A stretch of 64,000 nt of DNA, from contig CAVOFT010000001.1 of assembly GCA_963695095.1 (NCBI GenBank), forward strand, positions 352,001 to 416,000. Direction: 5' to 3'. Position 1 is the first letter of the stretch, and each line of letters begins with the position of its first letter. The notes under the pieces were generated by a model. The model did not search any database. It worked only from the letters and a program-made list of their open reading frames with translations, and was not told where the DNA came from. The position numbers and the translations under genes were made by a program. Of the stretch, positions 1 through 13,998 are shown piece after piece. This DNA comes from an uncultured bacterium. GTDB taxonomy: Bacteria > Krumholzibacteriota > Krumholzibacteriia > JACNKJ01.

Positions 1-2
1 AG

Positions 3-1433
<1,431 letters not shown>

Positions 1434-1437
1434 GCGC

Positions 1438-3927
<2,490 letters not shown>

Positions 3928-3959
3928 GACCCTGCGCGCGGCCCCCCGCGGCCGGCGAG

Positions 3960-4790
3960 GTGTGCGTGAGCTGGCAACCCCTCCGCGATCCCGTGCGCAT
4001 CCGCGCCTTCTGCGCCCGCGATCCGGGGCGCTATCTCTTTCATCTCGGCGATCTCGATCCGGCCCAGTGGCCGGACGCGGAGTACCTTGGCTGGGAGGAG
4101 CCCGCGGCGGGCCCAGGCGCGGCGCCCGCGGCGGGTCCGGGCGCGGCGCCCGCGGCGCTGCTGCTGCTCTACCATGGGCTCAGCCTGCCGGCGCTGATCG
4201 CCTTCGGCGACGCTGGCGCCCTCGGCGCGCGCTTCGCCGCCGCGCTGCCGCTGCTCCCACCGGCGGGCTTCATCCACGCCTTCGCGGAGGACCTGGCGTT
4301 ACTCGAGCGCCTGCGGCGGGTCAAGCGGCACGGGCCCATGCGCCGCATGCTCTGGGCGGGCTTCCCCGCGGGCGACACGCCGCCCGAAGCCGCGCGGGCG
4401 CGGCGACTCGACGCGGCGGATCTGCCGCAGCTTGCCGCGCTCTATGCCGAGAGCTACCCCGAAGGCTACTTCGAGCCGGTGCAGCTCGAGCGCGGGCTCT
4501 TTGTCGGCGTCGACGTCGGCGGCGCGCTGGCCAGCGTCGCGGGTGTACACGTGTACAGCGAGAGCGAGGGCGTGGCGATGCTGGGGAACATCGCCACGCG
4601 GCCGGCGCGGCGGGGGCAGGGCCTGGGGCGCGCGGCCACGGCGGCGCTGGTGGCGGCGCTCGCGCCGCGGGCGCAGCACATCGGCCTCAACGTGCGCGCG
4701 GACAACGCGCCGGCGCTGCGCCTCTATGAACGCCTGGGCTTTCGCACGGAGTTCATCTACGAGGAGGCGCGCTTTGGGCTGCGAGACTAG
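3960..4790 (+). CDS. GNAT family N-acetyltransferase
   Basis: C-terminal GNIAT..RRGQGLG acetyl-CoA motif and N.PALRLYERLGF. Confidence 0.85.
   Translation: MCVSWQPLRDPVRIRAFCARDPGRYLFHLGDLDPAQWPDAEYLGWEEPAAGPGAAPAAGPGAAPAALLLLYHGLSLPALIAFGDAGALGARFAAALPLLPPAGFIHAFAEDLALLERLRRVKRHGPMRRMLWAGFPAGDTPPEAARARRLDAADLPQLAALYAESYPEGYFEPVQLERGLFVGVDVGGALASVAGVHVYSESEGVAMLGNIATRPARRGQGLGRAATAALVAALAPRAQHIGLNVRADNAPALRLYERLGFRTEFIYEEARFGLRD
4101..4157. repeat. 24-bp in-frame tandem repeat (about 2.4 copies) encoding PAAGPGAA
   Basis: cccgcggcgggcccaggcgcggcg / cccgcggcgggtccgggcgcggcg / cccgcggcg. Confidence 0.8.
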
Positions 4791-5614
4791 TCAACCGGCA
4801 GCAGCCGTCCCAGCCGATACGCCAGCAAGCGCTCGACCATCGTGCGGCGATAGGCCGCGCTGGCGCGCAGGTCGTCGATGGGCGCGCACTCGGCGGCGGC
4901 GGCCGCGGCCGCTGCGATGATCGCCTCGCGCGTGAAGGGCCAGCCCACCAGCGCGATCTCCGCAGCCCGCGCGCGCAGCACCGTGGGCGCCACCGCCCCC
5001 AGCGCGATGCGCGCGCGCTTGACCTCACCGCCGTCGAGTTCGAGCGAGGCCGCCACGCTGACCACCGCGATCGCCATCGCGTCGCGGAAGGCCAGCTTGT
5101 GGAAGAAGCTCGCCGCGCCCGCCGCCGGCCGCGGGATCTCCACCGCGACGATCAGCTCGCCCGCCGCGAGCTGCGTGCGGCCGGGACCGAGCATCAGGTC
5201 CTCTACTTTGAGCTCCCGCCGGTCCGTGACGCAGCGCGCGCCGTAGGCGATCAGCGGCGGCAGCGTGTCCGCGGCCGGCGAGGCGTTGGCCAGGTTGCCG
5301 CCGAGGGTGGCCCGCTCGCAGATCGCGCGCGCGGCAAAGACGCGCAGGGACTCGGCCAGCGCCGGCCAGGCGGCCAGCGCCGGGTGCGCGTGGAGGTCCG
5401 CCAGCGGCAGCGCCGCGCCAACCCGAATTCCCGCGGGTGTATCAGTGAACACGTGCAGCTCGGGCAGGGCCTTCAGGTCCACGAGCGCTTCGGGCCAGGG
5501 GTGTTCGCGACCGAGGCGCACGAGCAGGTCCGTGCCGCCGGCCAGGGGCCGCGCCGCGCCCGCCGCGAGGGCGGCGAGGGCATCGGCCAGGCGCACGGGG
5601 CGGGCATACTGCAT
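4787..5614 (-). CDS. Xanthine dehydrogenase/CoxM-family FAD-binding subunit
   Basis: AGGTDL, ATLGGNLANASPAAD, ALGAVAPT, PIDDLRASAAYR motifs. Confidence 0.92.
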   Translation of the reverse strand: MQYARPVRLADALAALAAGAARPLAGGTDLLVRLGREHPWPEALVDLKALPELHVFTDTPAGIRVGAALPLADLHAHPALAAWPALAESLRVFAARAICERATLGGNLANASPAADTLPPLIAYGARCVTDRRELKVEDLMLGPGRTQLAAGELIVAVEIPRPAAGAASFFHKLAFRDAMAIAVVSVAASLELDGGEVKRARIALGAVAPTVLRARAAEIALVGWPFTREAIIAAAAAAAAECAPIDDLRASAAYRRTMVERLLAYRLGRLLPVD

Positions 5615-5618
5615 GGCG

Positions 5619-7423
5619 CTAGTCCACCGGGTCGCCGCTGGCGTCGAGCATGAACAGCCAGATGTCGGCGCCGCCCGCGCTCGCCGTGTCCGTGACGCCG
5701 GCGACGATGCTTCCGCTTTCCCAGGGAATCACGGCGCGCGCCTCGTCCTGGCCGACGCCGCCGTGGACCTTGCGCCAGCTCTCCGCGCCCGCGGCGTTCG
5801 TGCGCACGAGGAAGAGCTCGCGGTCGGCCGCGCCGCCCACCTCGAGATAGCCGCCGAGCAGGTAGCCGCCCGCGGGCATCGCCGTGAGGGCGAAGCCCTG
5901 GTCCCAGCCGCCGTCGCCGAAGTCCGTGTTCCAGTCCTCGTCGCCCGTGGCGTCCAGACCCAGGAACCAGAGCTGCTTGTCGCCGCCGCCGAGCACCGCG
6001 TAGCCCCCCGTGCGCAGGCCGAGCGCGCGGCCCGCGTTGTAGGGGCTGCCCAGCAGGTAGTCGCGCGACCAGTCCTCGGCGCCGGCGCTCGTCGTCTTGA
6101 GCATCCAGAGCCGCTCCTGGCCGGCCGTCTCGCGCAGACCGGTGACGATGTAGCCGTCGTCCGCCGTCTGCTCCACGGCGTAGCCGATGCTGCGCTCTGG
6201 TCCACCGTGCTCCTGGCTCCAGGTGACGGCGCCCGTGGCGTCGAGCTTGTAGAGCGCGAGGCGCGAGGCGCCGCCCGTCTGCCGCTCGCCGGCCACGATG
6301 AAGCCGCCGTCGCTGGTGGGCCGCACGCAGTGCGCGTACTGGGTGTCGTCCACGTCGCCGAGAATGCGGCTCCAGATGACGCCGCCGCCTGCATCGAGAC
6401 GGAGGACCCAGGCATTCGGCCCGCGCGTGCCGGGCAGCGAGGTGGTCCAGCCGCAGACGATGAAGCCGCCGTCGGGCAGCCCAAAGCCACTGCGCAGGTG
6501 GTCGCTGCCGCTGCCGCCGTAGTTGCGGTACCAGCGCTCGTCGCTCGCCAGCGACAGCTGTATCACGCAGCCCTGGATGTTGCCGTCGGGCATCGTCGTC
6601 TCGCCGATGAGGCCGACGGCGTCGCCCGTCGGCGCCACCAACGCGTAAACGCGGTCGTCGCCCTGGCCGCCGTAGCGGCCGCTGATGGCGCCCGTCTTCG
6701 CCGGCACCATGAGGAAGAGCGTGTCGGCGGCCAGCGGCGTGCCCTCGCCGTCGAAGCCCATGGCCTCGAGGCCGTAGATGCCCGGCGCGGCGAAGCGCGT
6801 CGGGTCCCAGCTCGCCTGGAAGGGCGCGCTGCTGTCGGAGGAGAGGGCGACCCCGTTCACGCCGAAGTCCACCCGCGCGAAGCTCGTGCCCGCGAAGGGC
6901 GCCACCTCGATGGCCACGGGCCCGGCCGTCACGATCGTGCGCAGGGAGTCGGGCGCGATCCACTGCAGGCTGCCCAGGCGCCGGTCGACCGCGATGGGAA
7001 TGGCGGGCGACGTGTAGCGGGTTTCACCGCTCTGCAAGCACGCGGAGCGTCAGCGTCGTTTCGCCTTCGCCCTCGCCCGCGATGCGAAAAGTCCAGCCGC
7101 TGGCGCCGACCACGCCGGCCACGGCGCTGCTGGCCACGGCCAGGCTCAGGCTGAAGCCGCTCACGGGCGTGAACTCCTCGCTCTGCTCGTTCAGGAAGCG
7201 CACGCTGATCTGCGGGGTCTCCTCGTCCAGAAAGGTGGCGATCTCCCCGGTGACGGCGTTGCCCGCCACGCTCACGATGTCGCTGGTCGCCGTGCGCAGG
7301 ACGAGCCCCGTCACCGCCGGCAACACCGGCGGATCGGGCGGCGGCTCCTCCACCTTCCGGCGGGCGCAGGCGCCCAGCGCCATGAGAGGCGGCGAGGCTC
7401 AGCAGCAGAAGGCGGCTCTCCAT
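5619..7423 (-). CDS. Putative lipoprotein with Ig-like domain and C-terminal beta-propeller repeats (split by about 2 frameshifts)
   Basis: ATG at 7423 (MESRLLLLSLAA...), lipobox-like LGAC in the 7024..7383 frame, continuing in 5619..7037 with repeated W.+.YGG...D / T.DGG(Y/F)IV.G blades. Confidence 0.7.
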
Positions 7424-7427
7424 GATC

Positions 7428-7928
7428 TCATGCGTCGCTTCCTTTGCCGGCAGTGCGCGCCGCGAGCTCGACGGCGTCCAGGATCTTCGCGTAGCCCGTG
7501 CAGCGACAGAGATTCCCCGCCAGGCCGGCCTTGATACTAGCACGGTCGAGGGCCTCTGTCTTGGCGATGAGGTCTGCCGCGCTCACGACGAGCCCGGGGA
7601 AGCAGTAGCCGCACTGCACCGCGTGCGTGGTCTCCATGGCCGCCTGCACGGGATGGCCGGCCAGGCCCTCCACGGTGACGACCTCGGCGCCCTCGGCCTC
7701 GACGGCCAGGACGAGGCAGGAGTTCACCAGGCGGCCGTCCAGCAGCACGTTGCAGGCCCCGCACTCGCCCTCGGCGCAGACCTCCTTGGCGCCGGTGAGC
7801 TGCAGCTCCTCGCGCAGAAAGTGCAGCAGGCGCGTGGTGGTGGCCACCTCGCGCTCCACGGCCTCGCCGTTCACGGTGCAGCGGAGGGTGAGGCGGTCCT
7901 CGTGCGCGGGCGGCAGGTCCCAGGTCAT
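7428..7928 (-). CDS. (2Fe-2S)-binding subunit, CoxS/XdhC family
   Basis: C-x4-C-x2-C (CAEGECGAC), NSC, QCGYCFPG, GNLCRCTGY. Confidence 0.94.
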   Translation of the reverse strand: MTWDLPPAHEDRLTLRCTVNGEAVEREVATTTRLLHFLREELQLTGAKEVCAEGECGACNVLLDGRLVNSCLVLAVEAEGAEVVTVEGLAGHPVQAAMETTHAVQCGYCFPGLVVSAADLIAKTEALDRASIKAGLAGNLCRCTGYAKILDAVELAARTAGKGSDA

Positions 7929-9151
7929 CGCGTCAGCTCCGCGGGTAGTTGGTCCAGGCTGGAAATCACCGGCGCGGGCGGAAAGAGCGGCGCGAGAGCG
8001 CCCGCGTCCTTGAGCCCGTGGCCCGTGACCAGCGCGACGATCTCCGCGTCCGGCTCGAGCAGGCCCTCGGCGAGGGCCTTGCGCAGGCCCGCCAGCGCGG
8101 TCGCGCCCGCCGGCTCGGCGAAGATGCCCTCCAGACGCGCCAGCTCGTAGCCCGCAGCGAGGATCTCGGCGTCGCTCACGGTGAGGGCGAAGCCCTGGGT
8201 TTCGCTGAGCGCGCGCAGGGCCTTCTCGCCGTCGCGCGGGCGATCGACCACCAGGGAATCAGCCACGGACTGCGCGACCACGGGTTCGATCGTGCCGTCC
8301 GCCTGCCAGGCGCGCGCGATGGCCGCCGAGCCCTCGGGCTGCACGGCGACGAGGCGCGGCAGCTCGTCGATCCAGCCCACGCGCTGGAGATCGACGAGGC
8401 CCTTGTGCACGCCGGCCAGGATGCAGCCGTCGCCCGCGGGCACGAGGATGGCGTCCGCGATGCGCCGCTTGCCCGGCCGCGCAAGCGCGAGCACCGCGGA
8501 TTTCTTGCCCTCCGCGCACCAGGGGTTGTGCGCCGTGTTTCGCGAGACCCAGCCATGCTCGGCCACGGCCGCGAGGCAGAGTTCGTAGGCAAGATCGTAG
8601 TTGCCGTCCACCAGCAGCAGCCGCGCGCCGTGGGCCTGCACCTGGCGCAACTTGGCGGCGGGCGCGCTCTTGGGCGCGAAGACCACCGCCTCTATGCCCA
8701 GGCGAGCGGAGAGGCAGGCGAGGCTAGCGCCGGCGTTGCCCGTGGAGGCGCAGGCGATGGTAGCGGCGCCAAGTTCGCGGGCGCGCATGAGCACGGCCAG
8801 CGTGGCGCGGTCCTTGAGGCTGCCCGAGGGCAGGCGGGTCTCGTCGAGCAGGGTGAGGTGGCGAGCGCCGAGCGCCGCACCGAGGCGGGCCGCGGGCTGC
8901 ACGCGCGTCCAGTCCAGCAGCTCGAAGAAGAGCGGATCCTCGTGGCCGAGGCGCACGGGCGAGAGCAGCACGGCGGGGTTGATGCCTTCACCGCCCGCGG
9001 CCGCGAGGCGGCGGGCCAGCGCGGGGTAGTCGTAGAGCAGGTCGAGCGTGCCGCCGCATTTTGTACACGTGTACAAAGCGGGCGCGATGGCGGCCGCCGC
9101 GCCGCAGAGTGCGCAGCGGGCCTCGACCGGTCCCTGGCCCGCGAAGCTCAC
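7925..9151 (-). CDS. Threonine synthase-like PLP fold-II enzyme
   Basis: GTG at 9151 overlaps the upstream TGA. N-terminal CxxC...CxxC, PSGSLKDR, CASTGNAG, VPAGDG, EPAGA, VTGHGLKD. Confidence 0.88.
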   Translation of the reverse strand: MSFAGQGPVEARCALCGAAAAIAPALYTCTKCGGTLDLLYDYPALARRLAAAGGEGINPAVLLSPVRLGHEDPLFFELLDWTRVQPAARLGAALGARHLTLLDETRLPSGSLKDRATLAVLMRARELGAATIACASTGNAGASLACLSARLGIEAVVFAPKSAPAAKLRQVQAHGARLLLVDGNYDLAYELCLAAVAEHGWVSRNTAHNPWCAEGKKSAVLALARPGKRRIADAILVPAGDGCILAGVHKGLVDLQRVGWIDELPRLVAVQPEGSAAIARAWQADGTIEPVVAQSVADSLVVDRPRDGEKALRALSETQGFALTVSDAEILAAGYELARLEGIFAEPAGATALAGLRKALAEGLLEPDAEIVALVTGHGLKDAGALAPLFPPAPVISSLDQLPAELTR

Positions 9152-10126
9152 ATCGTCTCCGCCATGATGGCCTTGCAGGTGTGCAGGCGGTTTTCGGCCT
9201 CGGGGTAGACCACCGACTGCGGGCCGTCGATCACCGCGTCCGTCACCTCGTTGCCGCGGTCGGCGGGCAGGCAGTGCATGTAGAGGGCGTCCTTGGCGGC
9301 GAGCGCCATGCGCCGCTCGTCGCAGATCCAGTCCTTGTGCTTGGCCGCGAGCGCCAGCCCCTCCTCCGGCCGGCCGAAGTAGTCGAAGGCGCCCCAGCTC
9401 TTGGGGTAGACCACGTCCGCGCCCGCGAAGGCGGCGTCCATGTCGTCGGTCACTTCGAGCAGGGTGCCGGCCTCGAGCGGCGTTCGCGCGGGCGATCTCG
9501 AGCTGGTCGGGCATCAGCTCGTAGCCGGGCGGGTGGGCCAGCACCACGTCGATGCCGAAGCGCGGCATCAGGGTGAGCAGGCCCTGCGGCACGCTCATCG
9601 GCTTGGCGTAGCTGGGCGCGTGGGCCCAGCTCACGGCCAGGCGCAGGCCGCGCAGGTTCTCGCCGCGCAGTTCCTGCAGAGGTCATGAGGTCGGCCAGGG
9701 TCTGGCAGGGGTGGTCCACGTCGCACTGCATGTTGATGACGGGCACGCTGGCGTGCTCGGCCACGGCGCGCATCAGCGTCGTGCCCTCGCCGGGCACCAG
9801 GTCGTGGCGGATGGCGATGGCGTGGCCGTAGCTGCTGACAGGATGACGCCCATGTCCTTGGGGCTCTCGCCGTGGGCCATCTGGCTGGTGGAGGCGTCGA
9901 TGAAGTGCGCGTGGGCGCCGAGCTGGGTGGCGCCGGCCTCGAAGCTGTTGCGCGTGCGCGTGGACTTGTCGAGGAAGAAGAGGAAGATGGTCTTGTCCGG
10001 CAGCACCCGGTGCGAGACGCCGGTCTTGAACTGCCGCTTCAGCTCGATCGCCCGCGTGATCAGGTGCTGCAGCTCGGCGAGCTTCCAGTCCTGGGTGGCG
10101 ATGTAGTCGCGTCCGCGCAAGTGCAT
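9148..10126 (-). CDS. YgeW-like (knotted) carbamoyltransferase, split by about 3 frameshifts
   Basis: STRTRNSF, HPCQTLAD, HCLP, ENRLH. The segment SWAHAPSYAKPMSVPQG...RFG.DVVLAHP.GY is characteristic of YgeW rather than ArgF. Confidence 0.85.
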
Positions 10127-10205
10127 GGCTTCCCCTCCCTCCCGTCTTGGGAACAGGCCAGACTAGCGCGGCGGCGGGCGGGAAGCAAGGCGGGCCGGCG
10201 AGGCG

Positions 10206-11159
10206 CTAGCCGCCGCCGAGAGCCTCCACCCAGGCCGGCACCTCGGGTTCGCCGCGGAAGATGGCGCGGTCCAGGCCTGCCGTGATCGCCCAGCGGTGCA
10301 GCCAGGTGATGCCGCCCCTGCCCGCGTAGCCGTCCACGGGCCGTGCGTAGACCGGGTCGGCCAGCGCTTCTTCGAGTGAGATGAACGCGTAGCCTCGCGC
10401 CGCGAGGGCGTCCAGCAGCGGCGCCAGCCAGTCGGCGTTGAGCGCATTGGCGTGGATGAGCAGGATCTGCGGGATCGGCCGGCCGACGATCTGCTCGGCC
10501 TGGCCCTCGTAGAACTCCACCACGGAGAGCATGTAGCGCAGGTAGTCATCGCCGAGGCGGCGCGCGGTGGCCGCGTCACCCGCGTTCCAGGCCTTGGTGT
10601 GGGCGCGGGCGTAGAGCCAGTCGCTGTTGTCCAGGGTGACCGGCGCCACCGTGTAGCCGCGCCCGGCGAGGAAGGCGGCCGTCTCGGCCTGCACCTCCGC
10701 CGAGAGCCCGATGTGCAGGTACGGATGTCGGAACCAGCGCAGGTGTCCGCCGGCAGCCTCCACCAGCGCCTTCAGCGGCGTCTCGCCGGCGAGGACATCC
10801 GCTTCCCACGCCGCGGGCTCCACCTGATGCAGGCTGGGATGCGTGCGCGTGTGGTTGCCGAGCTCCAGGCCGGCCGCCAGCCAGCGGCGAAGCAGGGCCT
10901 CGCGCGCGGGATCCACCTGGCCCTCCACCTCGAGCTTGCCCGAGTTCACGAAGCCCAGCGCCGGCGCCTCGTGCGCCGCGAGCGCGGCGAGGATGCGCAC
11001 GGTGATCGTCTCCTGCTGGGCCGGCGTGTGCCGGCCGATCTGCGCGATGGGCAGGTCGTCGATGCTGATCGCCATGCACCTGGCCGGCGCCTCGGCCGCG
11101 TGGCCGGGCGCGGCGAGTGTCGCGAGGAGCACGGCGAGCAGTGCGAGGCTGCGCGGCAC
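10206..11159 (-). CDS. Secreted polysaccharide deacetylase family protein
   Basis: Signal peptide (GTG at 11159 after GGAGG); SIDDLP, GNHTRTH, FRHPYL, LLIHAN. Confidence 0.87.
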   Translation of the reverse strand: MPRSLALLAVLLATLAAPGHAAEAPARCMAISIDDLPIAQIGRHTPAQQETITVRILAALAAHEAPALGFVNSGKLEVEGQVDPAREALLRRWLAAGLELGNHTRTHPSLHQVEPAAWEADVLAGETPLKALVEAAGGHLRWFRHPYLHIGLSAEVQAETAAFLAGRGYTVAPVTLDNSDWLYARAHTKAWNAGDAATARRLGDDYLRYMLSVVEFYEGQAEQIVGRPIPQILLIHANALNADWLAPLLDALAARGYAFISLEEALADPVYARPVDGYAGRGGITWLHRWAITAGLDRAIFRGEPEVPAWVEALGGG

Positions 11160-11374
11160 TGGAACCTCCGGGAGCGAGCGCGGGCAGTCTATCACAGCGC
11201 TGTCCTGGCCGCCCGCTGCCAAGCGAATCTCTGGGTCCGAATCTCGACATGCGGGTGCGCAGCGATGAATCCCCGGCGCCCCCTTTCGCCGCGGCCCCTC
11301 CTCTGTCATATTCGGACACATTGAACTCGCGGCCCCGCGCCGCCCTCCGCAACCCGCGCCCAGGAGCCTTCCCC

Positions 11375-13934
11375 GTGCCGAAAGCCAAGATCCGGACCGT
11401 CACCGTGAGCGGCATCGAGGCCGCCCAGCGCATCCGCAAGAGCAAGCTCGCCGTGCCCGACTTCGAGCAGGAGCGCTTCGAGGAGATCGGCTGGCTCACC
11501 GCCATGCTGCTCAGCTTGCTCGGCAACTACTCCCAGACCGGCCACTTCGGCGGCCCCCTGGCCTACACGCCCTTCGTCGTCACGGCCCACCTGCTCGGGC
11601 CCGCGCAGGGCGGCCTGCGCTATGATTACCGCCGGCCCAAGCACCCCTTTGCCGACAAGTTCATGCTGGCCGGCGGCCACAATGCGCCCGTGACCTATGC
11701 GCTCTGGATGATCATGGGCGAGGCCCTGGCCCGCGCCCAGGCGCGCAGGGGCGAGGCGCGCTATCGCGGCCGACCCGGCCACGAGCATGCTGGCGATCGA
11801 CGCCCTCGGCTTCCGCCGCAGCGCCGGCGCCCTCAAGACCCTGCTCGCCGAGCGCGGCCTCACGGATCACCCGCTCTTCGCCCAGGCCAAGCTGCGCGGC
11901 ATCCGCGCACTCTCGGGCCACTCCGAGTCCACGGACCTCACCAACGACGTCAACGGCGGGCCCTCCGGCGTGGGCCTGGCCACTGCCGCCGGCAAGGCCG
12001 CCTTCTGGGACACCATGGGCGCCCCGCTGGGCACGCCGAAGATCATGGCCATCGAGGGCGAGTTCGCGCTCACCTCGGGCCACTCGCAGGAGTTCAAGAC
12101 CCAGGCCGTCGCGCAGAAGGTGGGGGGGCGCCTGCGCGTGATCCTCTCCCTCAACAACGCGGGCATCGACGACGAGCTGCTGGGCAGCGTCATCGGCCCC
12201 GAGTTCACGGGCTACGACATCCCCAACCAGTGGGCGGCGTACGGCTGGAACGTCTTCGCCATTGCGAACGGCAACGACTACGCCCAGGTCGCCGCGGCCT
12301 TCCAGGCCATGGAGGCTAGCGACCCCGCCGACCGCCGCCCGCAGATCCTCATCGGCAAGACGATCAAGGGCTGGTGGCCGGGCATGGTGAAGGGCGAGAT
12401 CCCGGGCTACGGCAAGGCCGTGGTGGACCACGCCTCGCACCCCTACGCCTTCCCCATGAACGGCGACTACTTCCGGGCGCTCGCCGCCACCTTCGAGCGG
12501 CGCTTCGGCCTCGGCTTCGAGGGCCTGGCCGCCGGCGCCATCAAGGACGACCGCGAGCGCCTGCTCCAGTTCAAGCGCAACGTCGACATCGCCCTTTCCG
12601 TGCTGGACGGCGGCCTCGGCCAGTGGCTGGCCGATCGCCTCGTCGCCATCGGCGACGAGCTTCGCGACGATCTGCCGCTGCGCCGCAAGCGCGCCCGCGA
12701 CCCCTTCACGGACCCGCGCCTGGCCGTGGCCGCTCTGCCCGTCGAGCCGCAGACCCTCAGCGTCACCGACTCGGCCACGGGCCAGACCGCCGAGGTGGGC
12801 GTGCGCCTCTTCGAGCCCGCGGGCAAGGTGGCCGGCGCGCGCCGGGCGATCTCCGAGATCTTCAAGTACGCGAATGCGGTGACCGACGGCCGCTTCATCG
12901 CCATCGCCGCGGACCTGGCCGGCTCCATCAACGTCGAGAAGAGCGCCCTCTTCGGCCGCTTCGACCCGGTGGCCAACCCCGCCGGCACCCTGCACCGGGC
13001 CGGCATCCAGGAAGCGGGCAACGCGCTCACGGCGATCGGCCTCATCAGCCAGACGGCCTCGCTGGATCCGGCCGTGCACGACGGGGTCTGGGCGCTGAGC
13101 GGCACCTACGGCGCCTTCACGCCGCTGATGTACCTGCCCGCCCGCGTCTGGAGCCAGCAGAACCAGGACAGCCCCTTCCGCGTGGGCGTGCTGCACATCC
13201 TCGCCGGGCACTCGGGGCCCGAGACCGCGGCCGATGCGCGCACGCACTTCGGCATCTTCTCGCCGCAGGTCTGGAAGCTCTTTCCGCGCGGGCATGTCAT
13301 CTCGCTGAGCTTCTGGGACTACAACGACGTCGCGCCGGGCTACTTCGCCGCCGCGGCCATCGCCGCCCGCGATCCGCAGGTGGGCGTGATCGTGCTCGAG
13401 GTGGCGCGGCCGGACTTCCCCGTCGCCGACCGCTCGCGCTTCGCCGACACGGACCTGCGCGCGGCGGCCAAGGGCCTCTATGTCATCCGCGACTTCGCGC
13501 CCGGCAAGCCGAGGCACGGCTACGTGATCGCGCAGGGCTCCAGCTCCACCTTCAACCTGCTCGCCGCCCTGCCCCGCCTGGAAGCCGCGGGCGTGAACGT
13601 GAAGGTGATCGCCGCCATCAGCGAGGAGCTCTTCGACCGCCAGAGCGCCGCCTATCGCGAGTCGGTGCTGCCGCCGGGCGCGGTGAACGACCTCATGCTG
13701 GTGACCACGGGCACGCGCCGCATGCCGCCCTTGCGCAATCTCGGCCCGCTCACGGAGCAGTACTCGCTCACCGCCGACCAGGAGAACCGCTGGCTCTCGG
13801 GCGGCACCGAGGCGGACGTGATCGCCGAGGCGGGCCTGGACGAGGAGTCCATCTTCGCGGGCATCAAGCGCTTCGCCGTGGAGCGGCCGCAGCGCCTGGC
13901 CCAGCAGCGGGAGTTGCTCGCCGGTCTCGATTAG
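11375..13934 (+). CDS. Divergent single-chain transketolase-like ThDP enzyme (one frameshift near 11770)
   Basis: GHFGG, DKFMLAGGH, LSGH, ADLAGS, GIQE, ADARTHFG; C-terminal transketolase domain. ORFs 11117..12319 and 11787..13934 join. Confidence 0.8.
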
Positions 13935-13980
13935 GATCCGCGTTGCGACCCGCCCCCGGGGGCGGGCCGCAACCGGGTCC
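13934..13980. repeat. Long imperfect hairpin centred on CCCGCCCCCGGGGGCGGG, between convergent genes
   Basis: ggatccgcgttgcga-cccgccccc|gggggcggg-ccgcaaccgggtcc. Confidence 0.75.
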
Positions 13981-13998
13981 GGGCGATGTCCCCGGTGA

